The notes below the pieces were generated by a model that was not told where the DNA came from, made no database searches, and was given only the letters and a program-made list of their open reading frames with translations. A stretch of DNA of 64,000 bases from Octopus vulgaris (lineage: Eukaryota), in assembly GCA_951406725.2 (NCBI GenBank), contig OX597820.1:73098001-73162000 (forward strand), in the 5' to 3' direction. Shown piece after piece: positions 49,363-63,793 of the stretch; position 1 is the first letter of the stretch, and every line of letters begins with the position of its first letter. The position numbers were made by a program, and so were the translations under genes.

Positions 49363-52154
49363 CACAAATATTCAAGTTAGATAGTTTCCAAAAGAAAAAT
49401 AAGTTACATGTCTGTCTTTCTTTTAAGTCAGTGTTCATTCAGGCAAATCCATTATTGTCTCTAGTCTTCCTATATTTAGACTATACCTCACTCATGAGGG
49501 CTAATAAGACCGAAATATTTACGTTGTTGTCATCGGGCTACTCTAGAATTTATTTCCCCCACTCCATCCCACTCTTTTTATTTTTGCTTTTACTTGTTTC
49601 AGTCACTGGACTTCGTCCATGCTGGGGCACCACCTTGCGGTGCTTAGTCGAACAAATCAATCCCCGCCAGGTACATATTCCATCGGCTTCTTTTGTCGAG
49701 CCGTAAACAAACCTACACCAGCTGTGAAGCTACGGTGGGGAACTCACACACACGCGCTCACACATACACAAATACACACACACACATCTTAACCACGAGG
49801 TATTGATCGACCATGGATCATAGTAGAAATTACTGGCCCAAAGTGCCATGCAGTGAGATTGAACCAGAAACCGTGAGATTAGAAAGCGAGCTTCTTAACC
49901 AAACAGCCATGCCTGTACATATCATATGTACAAATGAATTATCCATTCAATGTAGCTATTCACTTTTTTTTTTAAACGATAGAATGTGATTTGAAAGAGA
50001 TATATTTCTTTTTTTCTTGCATGCTTTACGATCACATGTTCAAACTAGTATTCTCTGTAGGTTTGACAAAATCTTCAGTCATTCATAGAATAAAATATAA
50101 CACGCACCTCCTTGTTAAGTCGGTGTTCTGTGATTCCAGGTCATCTGTCGAACAAGCGTGTCTAACTGCCTAACGTTACTAATTGCATTTACAGATTTCG
50201 TTTGGTCGTCCATTTCTTCTAGTTTGTATATTACACCTTAACGAGGAATTTTGCTGAAACTAATCCACCCAAGGCATGGTTATATGCCTATCGCTCGCAT
50301 GATTGCATTAAAAACACATCTATGATTAAATAGAGTTCCAACACAAGGTTGTGAATATAACGGATTCCAACAGGGAAACCTGGTGGTTCATAACACAAGG
50401 TTTTTGCATTAAGCTAAATTTCTAATATTTTCTAATTTCTAAACATATCATCAATGGTGCTTTGGGGAAAAAAATTAATCCAATGTCTCAGAGACGAAAA
50501 TCTTAAACTGGAAATATTTGTGTTGTAGTTAAAAAGAAATATATTAAGAATTCCGATTTAAAATGATCACAATGAGTTTTTATTAAAAAATGAATAAATA
50601 AATAAAATTGTTCGTATACACGCTACAAAAATTAATCAAAAACTCTCTAGAAAATATTCTTTAACCAGATACACGCGAGCATTCATGCAGTGCAAATAAT
50701 ATAAGGACTGATTAATATTAAAATTCCACAACTTCGTTCATTTTGATATGTTAACATTTCGTTAATATATCAAAAATGGAGAAAGTTTTGCGAGAGCCTC
50801 GCTTTGAGAGAAAAGTTGAAAAGGATTATTGACAGATTGCTTAGCTCAGCAGTGAAGCGGATCACTGACGTTTCACACGTCGTAGTTGAGCTCAAAGAAT
50901 GAGAGATATATAATGAAGGCTGCGAAAGAAAGATAGGAGATTAGTTTTCCTTAGATCACTTATCTTGTAGGAAAATTTGTGAATAATATCTGCATTTCAC
51001 AGCGAGGCTGCTTATTCTAGAGAATAATGATCAAGTAAACATATCAATCATTTTGGTCATTTCAACGTCTGACCCATCTGAGATAAAAGGATAAACTGAA
51101 TTTCCAATTTCTTTTATGACTTTCATGTTAATGTAACAAAACAAACAACAACAACAAAAGAAAGAAAGAAAAGAAAAGAGAGGAAAGAAAGAAAAGAAAA
51201 GAGAGGAAAGAAAGAAAGAAAAGAGACGAGATAGAAAGAGGTATGATTTTATAGTTTAAAGGTTTGTTTCGTTCGTCTACATAAAAATAGAATCAGTTAC
51301 TGAAGGCAAAGTAAAGACATTTTTATTGCTAAAAACAAACCCACAGATACACCGAGGGAGATCCCATTATAAATACATTTGTCTGCAGAGAAATTACTTA
51401 ACATAGAATTAAATATATTACATTTATCTGTTTAGAAAGTAGTGCAGATGTAATTACTTTGTATATTACTTTTACAAAAGGAAGCCGATGGCGATTTAAA
51501 TAGGGAGTAAAAACGAAAATAGAAAACTAATATAAAACAAAAAAAAAATCAAATGTTCCAGTTGACTAAAGTGCAACTTTAGCCTTTACAAATTAAGGAA
51601 TAATTTTAGCGAGAAGACATTACTAGATAAAATGAATGGTAGGAAATACCCAGGGACGCCTTCTGCGGGAAAATTTAATAGTAAGTAGGCGTTTACATAG
51701 TTGAGGTTATGTGCTAAGAATTTAAACTGAGATTATAATCTTCGCGATGAGAACACGCCGAGCAAAATCATTTCGTTGCTCTTTACGTTCTGAGTTCAAT
51801 TTCCACGAAAGTCATTTTGCCTTTCATCCTTTCGAGATCGATAAGATAAGGACCAATTGAACAATGGGGTCGATGTTATCGGCTTACACCCGCCCTCCAA
51901 TATTTCCAGGCTTTGTGCTTATATTACAAAAGATTATGTAAATGACTAAGTTTGGTAATGACGAAAAATACAAAGGAGACAACTCCATAGATTTTTAATT
52001 AAACTTTAATTAATACGACTGAGTTGTATGAAGCCCGTCTTTCAACCACATGGTTCCGGGTTCTTATTGAGTGACATCTTGGGCAAGTGTTTTCTACAAT
52101 ATCCAAGGCCGAATCATGCCTTTTGAGTGAAAATGTGACAGAAAGCGTGTCGTA

Positions 52155-52197
<43 letters not shown>

Positions 52198-53982
52198 CTC
52201 CCCTCCCCACCCAACACCACTTGACAATCGGTGTTGCTTTGTTTATGTCGTTCAGCAAAAGCAGACGAAAGAATAAGTATCAGACATTTTAGAAGATAAG
52301 TTCTGTGGTGGATCTGTTCGGTTAAAACGTTTCAAGGCGGTGCTCCAGCATGGCCGTAGTCCAATGACGGAAACAAGTAAAAAATAAAAATGAAAGAAAA
52401 ATAAGCAAAAATAAATCGAAATGCTCATAAATGAAATGTATAGGATGATAGACATGCCTGACGATGGTTGACCTAGGGTTAAATAACAACAATACCAACA
52501 ACAGCAGCAATTAGTTTGAGATCAGAGCACTCGGTAATGCGGTGGAAACAATTATGAAAATATGCAATAATGAGTAATTACAGGGACAAGCTTAGCCGTG
52601 TGGTGAAGAGGTTCGCAATGCAAACTTAGTGGTTCCAAGTTTGATCTCACTACGAGCTATTTTGAGCCCTTTCTACCACGGTCTCACATTGTCATTGAAA
52701 TTATTTCATAGACGGAAAATATGTATGTATGTATGGCTGGCTGGCTGGCTGGTTGGATGGATGCATGCATGCATGCATGATTAGATGCATGGATGACATT
52801 ATTCAGTTTAATCTCAAGATTTCTTGCCAACAGAGAAAGAGCCGGTTTCTAACCTAGATCCCAGGCTCCTTCATTGGAATTTCAACATCAACAACAGGGT
52901 ATGTATGTATATGTGCAGATTTGTATGTTTTGTTTTATGTATGTCTTCTCATCCATATACTTGCACATCTAGGCATGCTCATATATACCTAAATGATAGA
53001 CTTTTGGAAAGTTTTACAGATTTTTACAGTTCCAGTGATAACTTGGATTTGTTGTCTTCGAATCAGCTTTCTCCTTTCTGGTTTTGAGAAGCTTAATTTC
53101 TCGAGATTGGTATCTAGGTAGTGTGTTACATATCCCAGTATTCCAACAATTACGTGCGTATGTATGTATGTATGTATGTATGTATGTATGTATGTATGTA
53201 TGTATGTATGTATGTATGTATGTAGGGGAAACATCTTTTCTTTTATGCATTATTTCATACGACATTGTACAAGATTTTTCATTTTTATTTTATATTTTTT
53301 ATATTCTCTTAAAAGCTTTTTACAGTTGGCTTGGAACAGTAGACTTCCTAAATCTATATCCAGCCTTTCTAGACTTTCACACTCTCATTATCAAGAATTG
53401 AATTGAATATATTTGGAGTTTGTATTGTTTCTTATATACTGATTTGGCGGTAACGTCTACACGAATTCTGGCCACGGGACACAACAAGACATATGTCGGT
53501 GCGATTGTTGATGCTTCTGTTCTCAGTGTCAGATTATATTTTATTTCACCCCTTAATTTTTATCAGTTTTGAAATAATTAAGTTATCTCAATTTTAAGTT
53601 GCTTATTTTATATATTTAGCTTTGCCTTATACCCTGTCGCTTCTGTATCAAATTGCATGTCTTTGAAAGTTTATATGGAATAACTTCTGTGAAGTAATAC
53701 GGTAACCAACATTCTTTTAAAAGACGTTTATTGTTGATAAGCAATCTTGACGAACTTCCTGAATGCAGTTTGTGTTTGTCGGAATGTACGTTGAAGTAAA
53801 AAAAAAAGCTATTTCTTTTTTCTCCTTCGTGTATATATTGTATATGGGAAATAGTAATGAAATTACTGTGGGAAAAATTACGTTTTTGCTTTGATTTATT
53901 GTCTACATTGCGAATAATGCAGACTACCACAGTAACTGATATGTATGCCAGTTCTTTCAAGTTGCTTCTAACATTATTTAAT

Positions 53983-54038
<56 letters not shown>

Positions 54039-54964
54039 CACACACACACATACTCGCACACACTCAGACTAGCAATTAGTAGAGACTTTGTTGAGTTTAG
54101 TCGCGTGTGCTTTATACTAAGACGTCACCAGTCTTAACACCTCCAGTTGGCTGTTGGGCACCTTTGGCGGAGTTTACTCTGTGACTAGTGTTCGAGTTAA
54201 ATCTAAGGTTTGCTAAAATATCTTAGATAAAGCAGCAACTGCCCACGTCTAGGTAAGCCATAACCAAAAGAAAACAATTCAACTGATTAGCAAACATTCA
54301 TTCGCCAGCACACTACTGCAATCTCTCTCTCTCTCTCTCTCTCAATGGCTGTGTGGTAAGTAGCTTGCTTACCAACCACATGGTTCCGAGTTCAGTCCCA
54401 CTGCGTGGCACCTTGGGCAAGTGTCTTTTACCATAGCCTCGGGCCAACCAAAGCCTTGTGAGTGTATTTGATAGACGGAAACTGAAAGAAGCCCGTCGTA
54501 TATATGTATATATATATATATATATATATCTGTGTGTGTGTGTGTGTGTGTGTAACGTTTGGACGTTTGGAGTAATGCTCTGAAGTCCTCCTTCATATGA
54601 GTTAAGTAGGTCCTATGTCTCAGAAGTAACATCGGGAGAGCGGGATGCTGTAAAGACACTGGCAAAAGGCAACAGAAAACAACTGCTGTATCTTTCAAAT
54701 GTTTGCATGGAGGTCCATGACCACCAAGGCCAATAGATAAAGCACGGGAAGAAAGAGAAAGAGACTCAACGTGAAGTCTTTATTGAATATCCACAATGCC
54801 TGCAGTTACGTATGTACATGTGTATATGGCTATCATTTAAGTGTTGTTGATGTTTAGAACTAGATCAGACCTGAACGAGTGGACTTATGATCAAAGGATT
54901 TCCGGCTGTGACCATCTAGGTTTTTCTCTAAATTATCCAACGTGTCCTTCTTTGCAATATATAC

Positions 54965-55372
54965 AGGCGAAGGAGCGGCTGTATGGCAAGAAGCTTGCTT
55001 CCTAACCACATGGTTCCGGGTTCAGTCCCACTGCGTGGCACCTTGAGAAAGTGTCTTCTACTATAGCCTCGGGCCGGCCACAGCCTTATGAGTGGATTCG
55101 GTAGACGGAAACTGAAAGAAGCCCGTCGTATATATATATATATATGTGTGTGTGTGTACATGTATATGTCTGTGTGTCTGTGTCCCCCCACCATCGCTTG
55201 ACAACCGATGTTGGTGTGTTTACGTCTACGTAACTTAGCGGTTCGGCGAAAGAGACCGATAGAATAAGTACTAGGCTTACAAAGAATAAGTCCTGGGGTT
55301 GATTTGTTCGATTAAAGGCGGTGCTCCAGCATGGTCACAGTCAAACGACTGAAACAAATAAAGGAGTAAAAG
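54965..55372 (+). mobile_element. CORE-like tRNA SINE (OR2-like), full length
   Basis: tRNA head, GTGGCACCTTGAGAAAGTGTCTTCTACTATAGCCTC CORE-like domain, (TA/TG)n linker, tail ACTGAAACAAATAAA; partial copies near 54344, 52020, 41240, 36490 and 45060. Confidence 0.8.
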
Positions 55373-55534
55373 AACATATGCATGTTGGGTGCTTTTTTTT
55401 TTTATCAGGCTGAACAACTGCACAAGTTTAAGGATTTCTGCTGCGAAAACACAAGCGGAAAATAATTCATTCTGTCTTGATTTTGTCTTGACGGCTTTTA
55501 ATTAGTTGATTTAAAACTTTCAATTCATAACACA

Positions 55535-55600
<66 letters not shown>

Positions 55601-58600
55601 AACTATATTATTAATGTCTGCTAAGAAATACAAATGGGCCAAATGATATTTATCTGTCAATCTTCAAGCTTATCATCGTTTCAATTTTGAATTAAAGAAA
55701 AGAAATTTAACCGAAGAAAAAATAATACAAAAACAAATATTTTCTCTTTTAATGATTTATTAATGAAACAACAAGAAACCCTTGCAGACAAAGGCTAGAT
55801 TATTTATCAATGTAATGTTATTTTATTGAAAGTAATTCCAATAAAATTAAAAAAAAAAAAAAAGCAAATGGTAAATTAACAATAGGATTCTTGAGAAAAT
55901 AATGTATTGAATTAAATATTTATTCAGCAGCTGATGATAAACTGATAAACTTTTATAATTCGAAATCGTCTCTGAAATATTGTGTGCGTATAATGCTAAA
56001 GGCAGCAAATTAGATTCTGGAGAAAATCAATTAAATTGTGACCAGTCACATCTGAAGTCAACGAACATATTACCATTTGAGCGTTCAGAAGTCAATAAAG
56101 GTCGGTGAGTTAATTAAGGGCTCGTGGAAACGAACGCTGTAACCAACAGAAGCTAGTCTCAAGGTAATAGTGATACCTTCTTTTCTTCTTCTTCTTCTTC
56201 TTCTTCTTCTTCTTCTCTTCTTCTTCTTCTTCTTCTTCTTTTGCCGCTTTATAAATTACACATACAGATTTCGATTTCGACAAAGTTTCTTAAAGAGTCT
56301 GATTAGTCATGATATACAAGAATTTATAATATTAGATTGTGACTCAGAAAATAAAAATATTCTAGCTTCCTTCTTATGATAATATCATCGTTCTTTGGAT
56401 CATCTTAACTCTTTGACAGCATCATTTAAACATGTGACAATTCTATTTTAATCAGACTTCATGTTACAAACAGAGCCGTATATCATATCTTTTATCTTTT
56501 ACTTATTTCAGGCTGGGACATCACCTTGAAGGATTTAGTCAAAGAAATCGACCCCATTATCGTTTTTAAAATCTGGTGCTCATTCTATCCTTTTTTTTTG
56601 GGGGGGGGGGTTGTCGATCTGCTAAGTTACGGAGACACATTTTAACAACCCTGAAAGGACGAAAAGCAAAGTCGACTCAACCGGAATTTGAACTCAGAAT
56701 ATGAAGACGGACAAAATATTGTTATGCATTTCGATCGGAGCGCTAACGATTCTACCAATTCCCTCCCTTACAATAGAAGTAATCATAATTGGTATATATT
56801 TATATTATAGAGTCAGGTTATATAGAAGAGACTATCTGGATTAAAATTATCTCATATTAGTGAGCAGCAGGGAAAAAATTAGATTACGGCTGACCCAACG
56901 TCGCATGTTGGACCCAAGTTGAATTTTTGAGATATTCTAAAAGGAAGAAGTACTGCTTATATGCTATCACATACAGTACATATTCTCTTATGCGCAACAG
57001 AGCAAGAGAACCTGTAAAAAGGACACAGATATCACATTTCTTAATCTGACTATATCATAAGAAAAAAGCAACTTTCAAGCTTTATACATATAACAGAATT
57101 CAATCCGAGATACATCGTTAATAAATCATTTAAATTTAGATATTTTTCGATGCTTCTACATTGACGTTCTAATTATAAGCAGACATACTTTCTTGTTTGT
57201 GAAAATAAAGTATCAAATTTGGATGGTTGAAAGTCGGCTGATTGCTTTGGTGCAATTCATAGCCTTTCTGCTAGTGTGTTGCGTGTCCTGCAGACGGCTT
57301 TCTGCATTTTCCCAATCCAAGAGGTTTATTTTAAAACCTAATACATTATAAGATAGTATTTAAGCGCGATTCGCTTCAAGATATACCAATGAGGTTATTC
57401 ATTTATGCTTACATACGTAAGTATATACATACATACAAAACACAAAATTCTCATCATGCCCCTATACTTCTCATTTACTCAAGGACTACAGTTCAAGTAT
57501 CTTATATTCCTATTCTCTTCAAGCATCGCATATACGTGCTTTTACCTATTTATTTATTTATTTGTTACATTTCGGCCGAAAAAGTGAGGAGTGTTGACGG
57601 AGGGGTTTGACTGAGGTCGTATGTCTTTCAAACTGTTGAACGGAAACCACACGTCGAGCAAAAGAACAAAAGCTTACTCGATCTTAATTTCCAGTTCGTT
57701 ATTTTTTGTTTCTCCTAATTGCGAAGGGTTAAGCCAACTTAATTTGCGTATCTCTTTTGTGTCTCGTATCCACTCCATCAATCATTAACAACCATATTTG
57801 ACAGTTCTTAACGCCATTAGAGATTAATGTTGCTTTTTAAGTTGAGAAAACTGCGAAAGTCTCTAGACAGACAGCTGATGAAAAGTGTTTCTTTGTTTGC
57901 TATATGCAAATAACATTCAACCATGATAGTGGTTGAATATATTCTTAAGTCCACCATTTCGTCAATCGCAGCAGCTTCCAAGCTTCACCACTAATTCAGT
58001 TCTCAACTAATTTACAAACTGTTAATAGTTGGCATAAATAGTTTGAGATTTGGTTCAGTAGAAAAAAAGTTATAGCAAAATATATGTGACCTCAAGGGGG
58101 TGCAGTAAGGTAGATATTCATCTTCAATTAACATAAAATTTCTAATTTTAAATTTAAAGTATACTTTTCTTAGGCTTAAATGTTAGAAAACTGCATGAGG
58201 GATTCAGAATCGCTAGTCGCTTAGAACAAAATTTAGTATAAAAAGTGTTATGAAGTAAAATGTGACGAAATTTTGTCAGTAAGTAAGGAAGTAAGGGAGT
58301 AACGCTTAAGCAATAAAAATAAAGAATATATTTCTAAAATGAATACTTGCATTATAAGGTGGTGAGCTGGCAGAAATGTTAGCGTGCCGTGCGAAATGGT
58401 TAACGGTATATCGTCTGTTTTTACGTTTTGAGTTCAAATTTCGCCGAGGTCGACTTTGATATACAAAAATTTAATTATTATTTTTTTTTAACTAAACACT
58501 TTCAAACTTCCGATACTGGTAGAATGTGTCACATAGAAAAGGGTTTACTCTTAACGTTTTTGACAAAATTTTGTATTTTAGAAGTTATTTCGTCAGAAGT

Positions 58601-58854
58601 TACAGAGTGACAATGACAAATTCGTGTTTGATAATTGCCAATACACGAAATTTTCAGCTTTTGACCTGTAAAGAGTGACAAACTAGAAGAACTGGCATTC
58701 TTTGCTGCAATATTTTAAGTAAAAAGTTCTTATTCTTTTCTTTACTAGAAGTAATACCATGTCCTATACTTTTACAGATGCAATAACTTGTCCTGTACTT
58801 TTCCAGGTTTATAATCTTAGAATATTACTTTTCATGCTCGCATTTTTCCACATG

Positions 58855-59780
58855 CATGCATGCATACACACACACACACGCACGTACACATACATACATA
58901 CACACACACATACATACACCCATACACATACATGCATCCTACACACACAGACATACACACTCACACATACATACACACACACACACACTCACTCACACAC
59001 CTGCATGTACGCGCACACACATGCACATACACACACTTCCACACACACACACGTACATACATACACACTCATACACATACACACACATACACACACACAT
59101 ACTTACATACATTCATCGGACACACTGACACCCAGACATACACACAGACACACTCACACATCCACACACACACATACTTACACACACACTCGCAGGCGCG
59201 CGCACATACACGCTTGTGCGCGTTCGCGCACGCATACACGCATGCATGCACCACGCTCGTGGGTACCGACTAGATCTCCTGTTCGTATCTGGGGTTGGCG
59301 CGTGTCTTTGGGTTCTCCCACACCTGTCGCCGCGGGACCACTCTTCCATCTTTCCCTCAGCTGCAGTTTTTTTTCCTTAATACCCCCCCTTTTTGTACAC
59401 ACACGCACACACATACACACACCCACTCACACACACACATTTGCATATATTTATACATTACACTTACACACACTTCAAATTTACTTGCCATACATACAAC
59501 TACGCGCACTGGACACACACACACTACCACTCAACACACACACTGGCACGTTACATACGCCCCCACCCTTTCCCTCCTTCCCTTCTTCCCTCCTTCCTCC
59601 TTTTTTACCACTGACCACTCACTTGAGACTTGCTATGTCAACTACTGTTCGCCCTACCACACACACTTACATACAGACGCACGCACTAACATATACATAT
59701 ATTGTTTGTTTTTTTTATCTCGCCTCACACACACATACACACACGCACACGCACACACTCACACATACATACACATCATT
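58855..59780. repeat. degenerate (CA)n/(CATA)n tract
   Basis: Source of the 353-aa His/Thr pseudo-ORF. Confidence 0.85.
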
Positions 59781-59879
59781 TTTGTTACCAACCTTCCTGT
59801 CTCCACTCTTTTGGCTTTAAAAACCTACTTTGCCCTTGTTATCCAAAACTTCCGGCCTTTCAGCATGTGTACTTCGTAA

Positions 59880-60090
59880 ACACCAGTCGCGTTTTTTTTC
59901 CCTCTGTTCGCCCACATCGGGATCTTTCTTTCTTCTTTCTTCCTTCTCTTATGTTTCCGACGAAGAGCTCCGCTCGAAACGTCATACCCTCCTTCTTCCA
60001 TTTTCCTGAGCGCCTAATAATAATAATACTGTAATTGTTCCACGTGTTGTTGTTTTTTCTGTTTTCCCGTTTGGATTAACCTTATATATA
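59880..60090 (+). mobile_element. Penelope-like terminal repeat with minimal hammerhead motif
   Basis: CCGACGA-AGAGC-TCC-GCTC-GAAACGTC at 59957-59983; paralogue of 35950-36155. Confidence 0.6.
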
Positions 60091-60762
60091 TATATATATA
60101 TATGCGTATGCATTTATATATTAGTTTTAAAAGGTTTCAGCTTCCCTTGAGCCTACAGGCGTGCTAGGCGTAGCCTATTCCAGTTTCTGTGGTGTGTAAG
60201 TGACTGAAGACACGACGCTCGCCTCTGAAGAGAACACCGGCTGATTTAACGTCCAACTGTTTTATGGCACACATTTTTCAGAAGCGATATCAGATGAAGT
60301 ATCTTGTTCAAGCACATGAAATGACATCCGTCCTTACAATCGTATTACCAACTTCCAAACTATTATACCATGTACTTTAAAACACACGCGCACGCGCACG
60401 CACGCACGCACACAAACACATGCACATACACACACATTGCCTTCAAGGATGATTATTTCGTCTTTATTCATTAACGTCTCACAAAATCTTTAACAAAATA
60501 TGGAGACTGTCAGAATGTTGTAAACACCTCTGATGCGAACGCAGATTCGAAACATAAGATTCGAAAACGGATTGAGATTGTTCATCATCTTTTAAAGGCG
60601 GTGCTCCAGCATGGCCGCAGTCAAATGATTGAAACAAGTAAAAGAATACAGTAATCAATCGTAGAAGCTAATACGTGGTTGTCTGACCTAGTAGAAATAA
60701 CAGTTAAATCTCAACCACATCACATTTTCCCGCCTCAAAAAAACATAAGATCGATAATGTAG

Positions 60763-60815
<53 letters not shown>

Positions 60816-61410
60816 ACATACCTACAAAAATATACGGCGAGATTTCGCTTTTAACCGCTCTGCTATTTAGCATATTCCATTCACAAAGCAATGTTCAATA
60901 CAAGGTTATATGCGTACATAGCTTCTCTCGAAGCTATGCATACTCTAGTCCTTTCTAGGGTACTCCGCAATGGGATCAAACTCAAAACCACAATATTTGT
61001 GAAGTGAACACCTTCACCACACTGTCATAATCCCGCTCATTTTAATTCCAGCATTTCTTATATTTCTTGTCTTTCTTCCATACCGTAAGCGAGAGAAATG
61101 TTTTCCGGGCTTAGAAAACACATGGAAACTACTAAAAACTGTCTTCTCTTCGTGAAGGGGGAAAAAAAAAAGCAATTTGGAGGAGAATAAAGAAGGGCAT
61201 GGGTAAAAGTAATTTCTAGTGTAGCTGACACAGAGACTCTCACTCGTAGGTGGTAATTTCCCTTGTCAATAGCGAAAATTATCTCTGTTTGTGTATATGT
61301 TTGTGGAGCAAAAGCCTAGGTTATCAGCTGTTAACAGATCAGTCATGGATTAGCTTTCAAATTAACTCTGCAATTCTGGGATAAAATTCCCAACAGAACA
61401 CACCTTTAAC

Positions 61411-61484
<74 letters not shown>

Positions 61485-61626
61485 GCACGCACGCACGCAC
61501 GCACACACACATACACAAACACACACATATATATAGAGAGAGAGAGAAAGGGAGACTACGTATATATATACATATATATATATATACGTAAATACACACA
61601 CACATATATCTAAATATGTATGCGTA

Positions 61627-61673
<47 letters not shown>

Positions 61674-63049
61674 CGTGAGCCATCCGCTATTTTATGTCCT
61701 TTGAAAAATAAATCTTTTTGCTTGTTTAGTGTAGCGTTAAGGAATAATTCTAAACAATTTTCCGGCACTTCCTCACACATTTAGGCGTTCGTTTGATGTT
61801 TAAAACAACGCAGTATCTACTCCTACTCCCCCTCCTCCATTCCTAAACATGTACACTTGCTTAATCTACCACCTAAACTGTAAAGAATTTACTTCTATTT
61901 CTTTTATTAGACGCTTTAACAGAAGAGAAATGCGTGATTTTTCGAGCGAAACATTTTAAGATTAGCTATACAAATTGTGTAGTATATGTCTCTTCCGGAA
62001 CGAAACTTTATTAACAAAAGACCCCGAGTGATAAATTCGATACTGTAATAAAATAGAAGGGACAACATTCAGCAAATGAGACTTTCCCATTAGGGCTTTA
62101 CAATTTGTCAACCGGCAAAGATAAATGGTAGACTGGCACTCTCTAAGATTATTGTCTTTTACTCTTGTGGCTCGCATAATATTTTTTGTTTGTTTGTTGA
62201 AGAGAAAAAGCAGTAAATAACATCATGTCGGCAGATGTGTCGGACTGTCAACTAAAAGGCGTTAACTTTCTTCTAAGAATCAACGAAACTGATTTCCAAA
62301 GTTCCAGTAGCCTGGTTTCGCAAGAGAAATTGTCGATGTATAACGAAAGAGATTCCTATCAGGAACTTTAGAATAATTTTACGTATTTATCTAGTTACAC
62401 CTCGTTTCTTATTCTTGTAAGAGGAAAAACCTATAGAATAAACTCAGTCAACCATCGCTTCAGATTCTTAACACATTTTCTATCGTTTTATAGTTTATTG
62501 ATTTTGTAAATAAATTCCTTGCTGGAATTCGATCAAATTTTGTTCTTAATTAAATATCATTATCTAAAATAAATGGCGCAGAATCTTAGTTGCCAAGAAA
62601 ACAAATAAACTGATAATTAATATAAAAAAAAGACAGAAAAAAACAGCTCAGATTATTAAGAAATAATCGTTTCTATCAGACACAACTCAACAAATTTGTT
62701 GGGGAAGGTTCACCACGAATGAATAAATCTTTCACCTTTTACTATTATAAAATAATGATACTGAATTATTTTTACATTTAATTCCTTGATGCAAACGATA
62801 TGTTTACAGTTTAAGAACTATTACAACTGCGCATTACTGCATCTCTAGCATTAATATTATTTTAAATCACTCTCATAGCGCTCTCAAATACGTATACTTA
62901 CATCTTTTGTTTGTTCCACACACGCACACTATCTGCCATGTTGCACTACACTCGGTCGACTAATGCAAAGCAGTTCGATATTTAATAGATGAGGAATTAT
63001 GTACATTATTTACATTTGACGGATATTTGTCCTGATCTTGTTTGTTGTT

Positions 63050-63095
63050 AACACAACGTTTCGGCTGATATACCCTCCAGCCTTCATCAGGTGTC
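63050..63095 (-). ncRNA. minimal type I hammerhead ribozyme motif (Penelope-type)
   Basis: GACAC-CTGATGA-A-GGCTG(GAGGGTATAT)CAGCC-GAAACGTT-GTGTT: stem I GACAC/GTGTT, intact core, palindromic AACGTT stem III. Confidence 0.7.
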
Positions 63096-63159
63096 TTGGG
63101 TAAATTTAGAACCTGGGTTCTCATTCCCAAGGTATTTTTTGATGTTGTTGTTGTTGTTG

Positions 63160-63214
<55 letters not shown>

Positions 63215-63220
63215 GATGTC

Positions 63221-63294
63221 CACGGGTATATGACGTAGTGGTTAATATCACGGGCTACAAACCCCAAGATTCCGAGTTCGATTCGAGGCAGTGA

Positions 63295-63300
<6 letters not shown>
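63221..63300 (+). mobile_element. tRNA-derived head
   Basis: TGACGTAGTGGTTA (A-box-like) and GAGTTCGATTC (B-box-like), followed by (AAT)n. Confidence 0.6.
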
Positions 63301-63366
<66 letters not shown>

Positions 63367-63367
<1 letters not shown>

Positions 63368-63572
63368 TCAGACAAATACATAACAAAAACACCAGGACTT
63401 ACAAACACATATAACATACAGAAAATTGCACTACTAGGCACTACACACATCCTACGCAGAACACTTTCCATACAATAACCATCAGAGCATCACAACAAAT
63501 CACAGCACATACCCAAGGCACACAGAGCTGCGCTCGGTAGTGAAGTGAAAGCACGCTATAAAAATAAAACTA

Positions 63573-63575
<3 letters not shown>
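63367..63575 (+). pseudogene. R4/Dong 3'-terminal fragment in (AAT)n
   Basis: Near-identical to ~47012-47222; SDKYITKTPGLTNTYNIQKIALLGTTHILRRTLSIQ*. Confidence 0.85.
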
Positions 63576-63609
<34 letters not shown>

Positions 63610-63656
63610 TCGAAAAATACCTTAGGAATGAGTACCCAGGTTCGAAATTTCCCCAA

Positions 63657-63692
63657 GACACCTGATGAAGGCTGGAGCCGAAATGTTGTGTT
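63657..63692 (+). ncRNA. minimal hammerhead motif, shortened stem II variant
   Basis: GACAC-CTGATGA-A-GGC(TGGA)GCC-GAAATGTT-GTGTT. Confidence 0.55.
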
Positions 63693-63793
63693 AGCAACAA
63701 ACAAAATGAGGACAAATATCCGTCAAATGTAAATAATGTAAATAATGTAATACAAAGCATAATTAACACTATAATTATAATAAGTTAGCCGAA

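Noticed and set aside
50760-50960. Mariner transposase N-terminal remnant (YIKNGESFARA)
   Set aside because: Too short and degraded, and no TIRs identified
58759-59820. 353-aa His/Thr-rich ORF
   Set aside because: Open only because degenerate (CA)n lacks stops; similar ORFs occur in several frames and on both strands
63221-63300. Functional tRNA gene (also applies to other SINE heads)
   Set aside because: Acceptor and anticodon stems do not form a proper cloverleaf; embedded in repeats
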